NCBI RefSeq assembly: GCF_000143415.4
Contig: NW_003314270.1
Location: forward strand, 2,635,668 to 2,699,667
Origin: Selaginella moellendorffii
Lineage: Eukaryota; Plantae; Lycopodiophyta
DNA length: 64,000 bases
Direction of reading: 5' to 3'
This document shows, in pieces, positions 13,301 through 25,889 of the stretch (its first letter is position 1; each line of letters begins with the position of its first letter). Position numbers and translations under genes: made by a program. The notes beneath the pieces were generated by a model that was not told the DNA's origin, searched no databases, and saw only the letters and a program-made list of their open reading frames with translations.

Positions 13301-14490
13301 CCACTCGGATTATCATTTTCATCTCTACATATACAACGAGACTAATTGCTCAATCTCATTGGATAGTACTAATATAGCGCATGTGGTTTTGACCCTTTAT
13401 CCTATGGTGATTTACCATAGGATAACCACGGAAGCGGAACCTAAACCTTCTATGTGCCATATGTCATATGCCACGTGTCCAAAGGACAGTGGTGTGGAAC
13501 TCGAGTTTCAAGGCCTTGGACCACTGAACGAAGGAATGGTGCCAAACTCCCAATCATGGAGCAAAGAAGCAATAGCACTGGAGCACAGGATGACTCTTGA
13601 GCATATAGCCCAAGGAGCGAAGGGACAGGAGCATGGAGTGACTTGGAATAGTCTTGGAATATCTAACATCCTAATGCTAGGACTAACACGCAAAACAGAG
13701 CCAAACGGAGTCTAGCACTATTTCAACATACTGGTGGCCTAGCACAAGGATATGGATATTCCACCAGCTAGCATGGTCTGGAACTTGGGCTTAGACCCAA
13801 GCCGGACGTAGAACAAGGACAGACATGCAAGCAGAAGTTAAATTATGCATCAGGTTGGTCAGCCATGCCCGAACTACCCACTATCCCTACTATATATTTG
13901 GAACCCCCCACCCTTGAGGAACATATGCTTTGGGCTCTTATCCCAAGCCTCCCTTAGTATCAAGAGTTAGTCTTTGGGACAAGCTCAAAACTTACTAAAT
14001 ATGGAATGTCTTTAGATTGCGAATTTGGACACAGGATAAACATCATTGTGTTCAAAACAATCTCTACACTCCGTAGATATGCCAAATGAGTAAATCTAGA
14101 CACTTTCTATAAATAGCATTTGGGATCAAATTGAGACTAACACAAAGGGCATGATAGCGAGGGTGTTTAGCAGACATGGTAAGCTATCATCCAACAATAT
14201 TGAGGGACTAGTCTCAATATGCGAGGGTTTTTGTCAAGTCAGTGCAACATAAAGCAAATGAGAACTAAAAGCCAGGCTGAGTATGCTTAGCTAAAAACAC
14301 ATAGGAGTTCTTACTTTATGTCCATCTGGCTAAATACAAGTCCTATGCCCAGTAAATTAACACTTGAACAAGAGGGGCTAATAAAGGGAACTAGCAATAC
14401 TGACCTCCTACTATCGTGGTAGTAAGGAAAGAGTGTTTGTAAGGATTGGCTAACAGGTAACTTTTGATACCTGAAGTCACATTTGCGACA
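7340..14490 (-). mobile_element. Decayed / non-autonomous family A LTR retrotransposon (5' LTR 13373-14490, internal region without intact ORFs)
   Basis: 13373-14490 is homologous in reverse to LTR 37534-38444. 7344-7690 is homologous in reverse to the chromovirus 3' UTR 37150-37500 and to 39300-39655. Faint gag-like residues near 11.6-11.9 kb. Interrupted by the solo LTR at 8919-10008. Confidence 0.7.
8919..10008 (-). mobile_element. Solo LTR, family B (1090 bp)
   Basis: TGTAAACC...CCTTACA termini; 5-bp TSD CTATG at 8914-8918 and 10009-10013. Orientation is inferred from the shared promoter-like module. Confidence 0.9.
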
Positions 14491-17400
14491 AATGACAACT
14501 TTGTTTCAGCAAAGTTTGTTGTAGAGCATGGCCTAGTCACATGTGGAGTTCCTCCATACACGATGGAAGGCGCAACTACCTCTACTTAGCATTTCGATGT
14601 TTGTGTAGAGGGGCTGGAAGTGTTGGTTGGCAAAACCATACTTGTGGAGACTTTTTATTTCACAGATATCCATCGTGTGGATTTCATTCTTGGGATGCCA
14701 TGGTCGGTGAAGGTGAACCCGAAGATAAAGTGGAGTATTAAATGTGTCTCACTAGAGTACAGTGGTTAAAAATGTGTGGTTTGGAGAGGGAGTTCAACCT
14801 CCAATTCTTATGCTTTCTGCTACATCTTTGAAGTGAGTTTGTCGTAATGGAAAAACACTTTCAAGTTACTTGTTGTTTACTTGTGACTTGGGGGACCAAG
14901 GCACTTGTGGCGGAGAAGTAGTAGTACGGGATGTACTTAATGAGTTTTCTGATGTTTTTCCATCTGAACTTTCTCATGGGTTGCCTCCATTACGAGGTGT
15001 GAAGCATAGGATTACGTTGGAGCTGAGGACATGGCCAATTTACCAAAGTCCATTTCGGTTAAGTTATGCAGAAGAGCAAGAAGTTTAATGACAAGTCAAG
15101 GAGTTACTTGAGTTTGGATTTATTCAGCCAAGTAAGTTTCTGTTTGGTGCTCCAGTCTTGCTTATGAAGAAGAAGGACGGTTCAATGCGGATATGTATTG
15201 ACTACTGTGCCTTGAACAAAAAGAAGGTGAAAGATAAGATGTTGATGCCACGTGTGGATGATATCTTAGACAAGCTTGGTGAAGCACGAGTGTTTACCAA
15301 GATTAATATGAGGAGTGGATATCATCAAATTGCAATCTATCTTCAAGACAGCATTCAACACAAGCTTCAAGCATTTTGAGTTTACAGTTATGCCGTTTGG
15401 TTTGTTGAATACACCAGCCACATTTACTCGGTTGATGATTGAGGTATTTGGGCGTTATCTTCATGAGTTTGTGGAGATTTTCTTGGACGATATTCTTGTT
15501 TTCAACAAGAATATGGAGGAGCATAAGGTGCATTTGTGCAAGGTTCTTTTGTTACTTCGTGACAGCAAATTTTATGTGAAGAAGAGCAAATATAAGTTTA
15601 TAAAATTAGAGGTAAAATATCAAAGCCATATTGTGACATCTAAGGGTGTCAAGACGAATCCAAGGAAGGTAGTTGTGGTGGAGAATTAACCTACACCAAC
15701 TACAGTGGCCGAGTTATGCAGTTTCCTTGGAATGGGTAGTTACATAAGTTTGTGGAGGTGGCTATTCCTTTGACATGGTTGTTACGCAAAAATGTGCCTT
15801 TCGAGTGGAAGAAGCCACAAAAGGAGAGTTTTGTAGCATTGAAATGGTTGTTGAGCGAGGTTCTAGTGCTTTGTATTGCTATGTGGTGGCAAATGCCTTA
15901 TCTCATATTCATCATGTGATGGCGTTACAAACACGGTTTGATCATCATTTGAATAAAATGGTCAATGAGTTTAGGCAGTTGGTTGAGCGTGCTCAAGCTC
16001 AGGATGCTAAGGTGGCCTCTTTGCAAAATTAAATGGAAGCCCCTTTCTCATTAGTGAATGGGATTCTCTACTACAATGGCCGTGTCTATTTGCCATGAGT
16101 GGATGCATTAATTACTCAAGTTTTATTCCACTATCATGATCGTTTAGAGGCCAGTCATTTTGGGGGGAAGAAGACGTATGAGTTGATTAAGCACAATTTT
16201 TATTAGAAGAATATGAAGGTTGATATCCTCGAGTATTGTAAATCATGCGAGCTCTGTCAATGAGTTAAGGAGAAGCCAAGGGGACTTTTGCAACCTTTAC
16301 CTATTCCTCAAAGCCATTGGTGTAATATCTCTATGGACTTCATCACTTATTTGCTACGAACACAGAGGCAAAAGGAGCAAGTATGGGTCATAGTGGTTGA
16401 TGAAGTATGTACGGTTGTTGGCTCTTTGAAAGACTGTCACTACCTCAAACTTGGCTACAGTCTACTTGGAGAAGGTTTTTCCTGATTTTGGTTTACCGGA
16501 GGACATCATTAGTAATTGAGATTCAAAGTTCACAAGTGAATTTTAGAAGAGCTTTGCAAAGGCTATGCAAGTTACTTTGAAACCCTTGAGTGGCAATCAT
16601 TTTCAGATGGATAGTGTGTGAATCAGGTGGTGGAGGATATGCTACGTTGTAGCATTGGTCAAAGGCAAGGATAGTGGGATTTATATCTTCTGTTGGTGCA
16701 ATTTGCTTACAATAATAGTCAACACAGTGGAACCAAACTAAGTCCTTACATTGCCATATTTGGAAGGCATCCCCAAACAGCGGTGGAGTTGGGATTGCAT
16801 TTAAGTAAGAACATTTAAAATAAGCTTGATTCAAAGGTAACTAATCTGGCCATAGAACTTGATGAGATTCTAGTGGTGTGCAAACAGAATTTGCATGTAA
16901 CTTAGGATAGAGTGGAGAAGTTTGCTAATGAGCATTACCAATTCCAAGAATATAAGATGGGTGATCTCATCTTTGTGCGAGTGATCTTTGCGTCAAATGA
17001 GTGGCGAAACACTTTGGTGCCTTTATGGATAGGGAAGAGTGATAAACTTTTGCATCGATATGCTGGTTCATATGAAGTGCTAGAGCACATTGGTAAAGCA
17101 GCTTATCAGGTATGGCTGTTAGCTAGGGTGAAAATTCATCCGGTATTTTATGTCAGCTAGTTGAAAGGTGTATTATCTTAGAGTGACGGGCTCAATGCCT
17201 CCTTAATGTATATGGCTATGGAAGATGAACTAGGAGCTTGAGCAGGGTTCCCTAGAAAGGGTGATCACCGGTACGGCTCGTCTTTGGGACAAAGACTTTG
17301 TTGGGGGGGAAGAATTGTTAGGCACCAGCTTTGACCACGTAATCAATGTTGGTCAAAGGGAGGCTCAAGGGTATATTAAGGCATATTAGGATAAGGGACT

Positions 17401-17548
17401 TAACCTACCTTAGGGCTCACAGTGGAGTGGCAGTGTAGAGGAGCTTTAGAGGTAGCTTGGGGGTGGTTAGGTGGTAAGGAACCTTAAGAGGAGGTGTAAT
17501 GTAGTCTAGGAAGACTAGATCTTTGTCTTTCTGCACCAAATCATAACA
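14491..17548 (+). mobile_element. 5'-truncated degenerate Ty3/gypsy element (PR-RT-partial RNaseH-INT, PPT, 3' LTR 17316-17548)
   Basis: DFILGMPW, KKKDGSMRICIDY, MPFGLLNTPATF, FLDDIL, LQPLPIP..ISMDFIT, KIHPVFYVS. PPT GGGGGGGAAGAA at 17303, then LTR TGTTA...TAACA. Many stops. Confidence 0.9.
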
Positions 17549-17689
17549 ACTAAAGTGGAGAGTTATGCCCTCTTGAGATGCTACTCCTCAAGGAAAACCC
17601 ACTCTTGGGACCTTCTGATGCCAATATCAAGTGGTGATATACTTAACCATCAATAAAAGTCAAACTAAAGAATAGCTCTAATACCAAAT

Positions 17690-19868
17690 TATAGGTAATT
17701 AATTTTTCCATTCTACTTTAGCCATTTAACCACACCTTTGACCACTTAGAGGAATCTCACTCATGAATTCCATATATTTTATTTCTAACTTGGGGACATG
17801 CTAATCCCATGAATGGTATTTATGCCATTCAACCTTTGCACTTGGTCTAAGTGCTTTACGTGTTTAATCCCATGACTGACATGCAAAGGTACCACTAACA
17901 TATCAACCTATTACTCTAAAGCCATGCCCATTCACCTTTGTCACATCCATAGTTCAAAACCACCTATATCACAATTTCGTCTCTCAAAGACTAAGCTATC
18001 TGTCCATAAGTGGTCATCCCTTGACCACACCTTAACACCTTCAAATTGCCCAAAGACATGGGAAACACTCTTCTTTAATGTCCCTTCTTTCATTCCTATT
18101 AAGTCCTTTTTTATTCATGGCCATACTCACATATTGCCACTAGGTCAAGGCCCAGAAGCTTGACCACTAAGTCCTACTGGGGACTTCCTCACCATGTGAC
18201 TATATCCTTAGTCACTATACCAAAAGATTACTTTTCTTCCTTTATATAGTCTGAGACTTTGAACATTTCCAAATACCATAGTCCTACATGAGTGTAGCCC
18301 ACCTTATCTCTCTCCTCTTAAGCCAACTGGAAAAGGGGCAATTGTTTGATGAGAGAGCCTTTAGTGGCTATTTTATCCCTATTTATCCCCCAAGGTTCCA
18401 AGGATCCACGGTGACAATATATCTAAATCTCATCCCATGATCACATGTGTTACACTCACCCCCCTTCAGAGATGTCAATGTCCTCATTGACTATTGACTA
18501 ACAACCCTTACTAAGCCAAGGGGAATCAACACCTCCATTTCCGCATTGAACCTACCAATCCTTTTATTGTGTAGACTAGTTATTCCATGTGAGGCAACTA
18601 GTCATCCACCCGTACCACAGTCCCATGGTGGATACCTTCGTCCGTGGATACTCCACACAAGAGGAAGGACGTACGCATGGATGCCCAATACATACGATTT
18701 TCAAATTTAAGGGTAGGAATATACCTTGCTCAAGGGTATATTATATTTTAGGTAGCAATTAATCAATGGGAATCGAACTCGTGCCATTTTCTCTGATACC
18801 AACTGTAGCATACCTTATCTCTCTCCCCTTAAGCCAACTGAAAAAAGGGTAATTGCTTGATGAGAGAGCCCTTAGTGGCTATTTTATCCCCATTTATCCC
18901 CCAAGGTTCCAAGGATCCACGGTGATAGTATATCCAAATCTCATTCTGTGATCACATGCGCTACAATGAGCCTCATAGGTACTCTCCCCACCTTCCGCCC
19001 TAAGGTGCCCTAGCCATGTGGCTAGAGCAAGGTTCTGATGAGCTATACTAGGTATCCAAGTAGGTAGTGCCATCTACATTTGGATTGGGAATATCGACCA
19101 TTCGATCTCTTAGGGGAGATAAAGTCAGCTTCTAAACACTTCACCAAGTTACCCTGCTTGTCTATCTGTATTCACTCTAGTCTTGGACTCTTCAATGGAT
19201 ATATCATCACCCAACATGTGAATATAACCTTCTTTGTTCACACTAGCCCTTCTTAGTCAAATTAGTTCCACTAGAGTCCTCCCCCTATTATACTTTTGGA
19301 GCTCACCAAACCCCCTAGGGTTTGGAAGATGATCGCTTTGGGTTTTTACCCTTAGACTCGGACTCAGTCTCAGTCTCGGACTTAGACTTAGTCTCGGTCT
19401 CAATCTTGGTCTCGATCTTGGTCTTGGTCTTGGTCTCTTTCTTGGCCTTGACCTTGGACTCCATCTTAGGTCTATCTCAGACTTCATCTCGTGTCCATCT
19501 TGGACTTCATCTCGGGTATATCTCGGACTCCATCTTAGGTCCATTTCGGACTCAACCTCAAACTCCATCTCGAGTCCATCTCAAGTCCATCTCAAACTCC
19601 ATCTCAAATTCCTTCTTGAGTCCATCTTGGGTCTATATCGGACTCTATTTTAGACTCCAACTTGTATTCCTTCTCAAACTCAATCTTGAACTCTTTCTCG
19701 AACTCCTTTTTAGACTTGTTCTTGACACTTTCATATGTCTCCTTCTTGTGTCCCTTTTTAAAGACTCATTTACCAGTTGTTTCATGCTCATTCATCGAGA
19801 ACTTTATCCGGAGCTCCACTCCCACTCTTGACTTTCCAAGTTGGAGCATTTGGTCCAAATATGTTACG
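17690..19868 (-). mobile_element. Probable third long LTR (family C), interrupted by the TRIM
   Basis: A decayed tRNA-Met PBS lies on the minus strand immediately adjacent (gctctaatacca 17675-17686). Carries the same TATA/CCCAAAGC module (19283-19351) and hexamer array (19355-19720) as family B. Ends are degenerate. Confidence 0.5.
18293..18965 (-). mobile_element. Intact TRIM (terminal-repeat retrotransposon in miniature), 673 bp
   Basis: Two 162-bp LTRs (18293-18454, 18804-18965, TG..CA); PBS TGGTATCAGAG (18791-18801, tRNA-Met); PPT GAAGGGGGGTGAG (18455-18467); 5-bp TSD ATGAG (18288-18292 / 18966-18970); no ORF. Confidence 0.95.
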
Positions 19869-19879
19869 CTTGTTAGACT

Positions 19880-21108
19880 TTTACTTTAACCACTACTATG
19901 TGGGATCCTTTCTGCTCCACTTTGGGGTTTAGGGATTTATGTCTCATAACCCGCTCATAGTCTATAGACCAAATGAAAGATGGCGTTGATGACTTTAGTA
20001 ACGTTTGCAACGGTGCAATGTAATCAGAAAGATAATCAACAAAACGATTGAGATGTTGCACCTTGCCCAGGAAGCATTACATATCATTCACACACTTTAG
20101 AGTAAGGAACTTTAGAATAGCCACAAGTTTGTCATAATCAATTTGCAAACCCTCACAAGAAATATGGTACCCAAGATAAGTCGTGTTTTTGAACTCAAAT
20201 ACACACTTCAGCCACTTCAACTTTAAGTCAACATCCCATAATCAATCTAACACATTACAAACATCATAGGCGTATTCTTTCCACATCCCCTTTGAGTGGA
20301 TCACTAAATGCCAAATTAGAACGCCAAATTGCATCACGAACTCAAACAACCCTTGACAAAAATGATGCAATTGTTGAAAGGCATCATCACAATCATCGGC
20401 ATGTCTATATGCCCATTTAAAAACGTCTAGGAGAAGGCTCCAATCCTTATGAGTGGCTGCACTTAAATTATTGTACTATTGCAACATTGTCCCTTGGAGA
20501 CACATAGGAAATTCACACAAATGCTAAATATCATCTTAAGAATGATATGTGGCAATCACTATGAAGTGATCGAACTAATAGTACATATCATCCCCATAAT
20601 TCCCACAAAAGAACTCTGGCTGGACTCAAGGATTGGTAGCAAGAGTAGGAAGAGCTATACTACACACCGTGAATGCTGCCATCAACTAAGTTTGATTGTT
20701 TAACTGCAACCACATAACATCGAGCAATTGCACCAATTGTTGCTTTTGAATCAAAGGAGGAGGAGGCTGCTACTTTGCCATAAAAATAAATGAAAAGGAA
20801 AAAAAAAACAAAAAAGAAGAAATTGAAAAATCTATAAAGAAAAGTAGATCTAGACAATGCAAAAACTAGATCTATAGTAGAATCCCAAATCTAACACTTT
20901 TCAAGAACAATCAAAACTACCCCTTAACTCCACCAATGTGAGTGCATAGAATATGAAAATGGGATGTAGAAAATATACATATCAATTAGCCCAAAAACCT
21001 TAATTTATATATAAGAGTGGTTTAAATTGAAACCAATCCAATGGCTACCAAAATCCCACTATGCTAATATTAGTATATAATATCACAACTGTACATTTGG
21101 ACATCACA
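19880..21108 (-). mobile_element. Internally deleted older copy of gypsy family D (5' LTR 20937-21108, PBS, gag and RT remnants)
   Basis: LTR is the reverse complement of 21133-21309 / 25451-25626. PBS TTGGTGGAG. 20300-20780 matches gag 21540-22000; 19950-20300 matches RT 23145-23495 (VQHLNRFVDYLSDYIAPL). Confidence 0.85.
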
Positions 21109-21132
21109 AATTCATATATATATATATGAATC

Positions 21133-24100
21133 TGTGAGGGCCAAGTGTACAGCTACGATATCGTATATTAATATTAGCGGTAATAAGATTTTGATAGCCA
21201 TCGAATTGGTTTCAATCCGAACCACTCGCTCCTGTATATAAACTAGGGTTTTTGGGTTAATTAATATGCACATTTTCTGTATTCCCTTTCCATATTCCAA
21301 GCACTCACATTGGTGGAAGTGAGGGGCACCTTTGATTGTCCCTAAAGAGGATTTGGGATTTTGGTTTAAATCTAGCTTTTGCATCATTTAGATCTAGTTT
21401 TTTTCATTTCCTTTCTTTTGTTCTTTCCTTTTAGAGTTTTGGTTTAAATCTAGCTTTTTGCGTTGTCTAGATCTACCATTTCCTTCTAACTTTTTATCAT
21501 TTCTCTTCTTTTGCTCTTTCTTTTTCGTTCATCTTCATGGCAGATTAGCAATCTCCTCCTTTGACTCTGGAGCAGCAGTTGGTACAATTGCTTGATGCAA
21601 TGTGCTTGCAATTGAACAACCAAACTCAGTTGATGGTGGCATTCATGGCACGTGGTACAACTCCTCTTGGTTTTGGTGCTAATCCTCACGTTCGGCCGGA
21701 GTTTTTTTGTGGGAATCCTGGGGATGATATGTACCATTAGTTTGATCACTTCATAATGATTGCCACATATCATTCTTGGGATAATGCTTGACATTTGCAT
21801 GAGTTTCCCACATGTCTCCAAGGGACGGCATTGCAGTGGTACAATGGTTTGAGCGCAGCCACTTGTGGGGATTGGAGTGTTCTCCCGGACATCTTCAAAT
21901 GCGCATTTGGACATGCCAACAATTGTGATGATGTTTTTTAACAATTGCATCGTCTTTGCCAAGGGCCATCTGAGTCGGTGATGCAATTTGGTGTTCGTTT
22001 CCGAAGTCTTTCGCTTTGTGCGGAGCCAAATATGTTGGAGCAAATCAAGCTAGGAATGTTATGGCCAGCATTTCGTCAAGATCTTGTCGGACTTGTGCAT
22101 GCACTTGCTCCCACCACCCTTGACAATGCTCTTCACTTGGCACAACGTTATAAGATGTCACCTCTTCCACTTCTCGCTGTATGTCCTTCCACTCCACTTC
22201 CTATAAGTGATGGTCCTATTTCAATGGAGGTTGATGTTGTTGCTACTCAGTCCAAGGACAAGCGCAAGGACGTGGTCGTGGGCATGATGTTCACTGTTGG
22301 GTGTGTGATGAAGTTGGTCATACTTATCGGCGTTGTCAGCGTTTTTCGGATTGGCGACCTCCATTTCCTGGGTGGAGACCTTGGCGTCAGCAACATCCCA
22401 TTGGTGCTGCTGCAGTGGAAGGTCTGGACATCAAGATGCATCCAAGAAACAAGGAGTCGCGTGAGTAACAGAGGGACCTTGTGTGAATAAGTCAGCGACC
22501 TCTCTATCTTTCTTTCAGGAGTATCATCAAGGGGTTCACTCGGCACCGATTCATCCAGTGTTTACTTTCCAAGCTCTTTTTTATAACAAGAGGTCTCCTA
22601 TTATTCTCTTCGTGTTGGTTGATACAGGTTCGAGTTTATCTTTTATTGCTTGATTTGTTGCCACAGGTTGTCGTCTACACCTCTATCATGTGGTGGAACC
22701 AGTGTTCATTCTTTATGGCAACGGCTGTACACATACATGTGCACGGGATGAGGCGAACCTGGTTGTGCATGTGGGTGATCTCGAGCTTGAGTTGCAATCA
22801 TTGTGGGTGGTGCCAAATCAAGCTTTTAACCTCATTCTTGGTATGGATTGGTTGCAATGCAATCATGCCAAGTGTGACTTTGAGGCTTTTCCCCCTTGTC
22901 TCATACTTCCTTATGTTTCATTCATTCCTCTCACTTTTGTACCTTTTCATCCCTCGACTTTTATTGGCAAGTACCGATGGCCGAAAAAGATATTCCTAAA
23001 ATTGCTTTTCGTACACCATTTGGTTTGTACAAGTTCTTAGTGATGCCGTTTGGTTTGAACAATGTTTTAGCAACTTTCCAGCGGATGATGGACAAGGTTA
23101 TTTGCGATATGCCGGAGGTGACTACTAACTTCATTGATGATGTCTTGATCCACTCGGAGGGGACATGGGAGGAACATGTTCGTGATGTTTGTAAAGTGTT
23201 GAATTGGCTACACGACATTAGTTTAAAGCTGAAGCTGTCAAAGTGCGTGTTTGGGTTCAAGGACATAATATATCTTGGGTACTGTATTTCTCATGAGGGT
23301 TTGCAAGTTGATCCTAACAAAATTGTGGCTGTTCTAAAGTTCCCTACTCTGAAATGTGTGAATGATGTGCAGCGCTTCTTGGGTAAGGTGCAATATCTTA
23401 GTCGTTTTGTGGATAATCTTTCCGATCGCACTACACCATTGTGAGTGTTGTTGAAGTCATCAAAGTCATCTTTCATCTGGTCTTCGGATTGTGAGTGGGC
23501 GTTCATGGATCTCAAAGAGCTATTGATGACTCCTCCAGTTTTGGCATATCCTGACACTCGATCTTTTATTTTGCGTGTGGATGCTTCTGACTTTGGTCTT
23601 GGAGGTGTGCTGATGCAAGAGAGCTCAAGTGTGCCTAATCAGCACCATCCCATTGCATACATAAAGCCTACATTACAACCATAGGAGATGAACTACTCCA
23701 CGACAGAGAAGGAGTGTTTAGTAGTAGTCTGGGGTTTCGAGAAACTTCATGCATATCTATATGGTTCTCAGACGTTACTTGAAGGTGACCATGCTACTGT
23801 TACTTACTGGTTGGTCATACTGCTTGATGGGTTTTGAAGCTTCAAATATATGATTTTGATGTTGTTCATCACCCAGGGAGTTCTATGGCTAATGTTGATG
23901 CCCTGTCTCGAGCTCCTCTTCCTTCTCCACTCACTTCTCATGTTTCTGATGAGTCTATTGTTCTAGCATCTATGGATTTTCTAGACGAGGATTTTGTGCC
24001 ATCGGCGGTTGCTATCCTTGATATTCAGTGCCCACAAGGCGCAGAACAAGATCTATCTTCTCTTGATGAGGTTTGCAAGGCTCAAAAGATTGAGCCATGG

Positions 24101-25626
24101 ATTCAAAGGCTTTGAGATGGGTTTGAGAATCTTATATCACTTGCTGATGACTTACCTTTCCAATATTTACATTTTCAATATCGCCTTGAAAATGGCCTTC
24201 TTTATCTTGTGGGGATGAATCCTGATGATCATTTACAGCTGGTGGTGCCTTTTGTCTTTATTCCGTGGTTTCTCCATGCCTACCATGATTCTCTTATTCT
24301 AGGTGGGTATATGGGACACTGTCGTGTCACCAAGAAGCTGCACAGTTCTTTCTATTAGTTGGAGATGCGACATGATATTATCCAGTATGTGCGTAGCTGC
24401 GTTTGGTGCCAAGCTTGTAATACTCCCCCTTGGGCTGCGGAAAGATGGTTGGAGTCAATTGCGGTTTCCCGTCCGTTTGAGTTGGTGGCGTTTGATCTTA
24501 TGGGACCTTTTTCACAATCGATTGCTAGCAATGAGTATGTTATTATTGCTTCTGACTACTTGACTCGTTGGGTGAAAGTTGATGCTTTTGCTAATGCCTC
24601 TGCAACTATTGTTGGATACTTCCTCCTCAATTGAGTGGTGTTTTAACATTCTTGTCCAGAGCGGATTCTTTAGAATAATGGTCCCGCATTTATGGCTGAG
24701 GCATTTCATGTTTTGATGTCTCGGTTGGGGATACGCCACACTTTTCACGAGTGCTTATCATCCATAATCAGATGGTCTAGTGGAACGGCTCGTTCGGACA
24801 TTCAAAGGGATGATTGCGAAGTATATGAACTTTCAGCATTCAAATTGGGATGGTTATTTCTCGTCTCTTCGGTATGCATATGTCACAGGGGTGTAGAGTT
24901 TTGTTGGTGCTTCATTATATAAAGTCTTATATGGTCATGATCCAATATTAACAATAGAGCTGGGTTTACCTTTGAGATTGCCACGAGCTGCTGATGCTAG
25001 GTCATGGGATCAATATTTGACAAGCATTCTTCCACTTGTCTGAGTAGAGTCTGCCGAACACTTAGGCCGCATACAAGTGGGACAACAATAGCCCTACAAC
25101 TCCCATCATTGTCCATCTGCAGAGTACAAAGTGGATGATTTGGTGTTAATCCGTTTTCCCCATCTTACGGTACATTGTTTATCTAAGGGGCTTCTTGCGC
25201 AGTGGAAAGGACCATATCAAGTGTTGTGGCAAGTTGGACCACAAGTTTATGAGGTTCGACATGATATTCAGCAGGCTGATCCTCTAGAGATTGTGCATAT
25301 GCTATGGCTGAAACGCTTCATATAAAGGAATCAGGAGGAGTTAATACCACCTACAGATCTGTTGATGCCTCCTCCTTATGTTCCTCCAGATCCCAGCCCA
25401 TCTACAAGAGAACCTTGATGGTCTTCCATTATTCTAAGAGGAGTGGATGATGTGAAGGCTAAGTGTATGGCTACGATGCCGTATACTAATATTAGCATAG
25501 TGGGATTTTGGTAACCGTTAGATTGGTTTCAATCCGGACCACTTGCTTATGTATATAAGCTAGGGTTTGTGGGCTAATTAATATGCACATTTTCTGTATT
25601 CCCTTTCCATATTCCAAGCACTCACA
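21133..25626 (+). mobile_element. Near full-length non-chromovirus Ty3/gypsy (family D), pseudogenised
   Basis: LTRs 21133-21309 and 25451-25626; PBS TGGTGGAAGTGAGGGG (tRNA-Ala-like); PPT AAGAGGAGTGGATGA. Gag with CWVCDEVGHTYRRC knuckle, PR LVDTGS, RT (N-terminus deleted; FIDDVL), RNaseH DASDFGLGGVL, INT, no chromodomain. 4-bp TSD AATC. Confidence 0.93.
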
Positions 25627-25889
25627 AATCCACATTTTCCAAAACTTTGTTTCTTAGTAATATCATATAGAAATTCGTTTTATATGGAAAACTCTAGAAA
25701 ATATGTAAATGCTATAAATATATGGTTTAAATAATGAGTTACTATTGACATGGCTTTCAAGAGCACAAGACACACTTGAGGCTTGTCTATGAAGTAGAAG
25801 CCATCAGCAGTAATATTTTTGTGTTTGCTTTGCAAAAACAAATGCCTTATATTGATAAGGAGCTTTGTTCCCGAGATTGTGGAGCTTCT

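Noticed and set aside
18760-18801. GGAATCGAAC motif resembling a tRNA T-loop / B-box on the minus strand
   Set aside because: No cloverleaf; better explained as extended PBS-adjacent tRNA-like sequence in the TRIM. No tRNA or rRNA genes were found in the window.
21486-22043. 185-aa antisense ORF in the gypsy element (echoed at 20479-20703)
   Set aside because: Antisense to a recognisable gag; the homologous copy is interrupted; no evidence of function.
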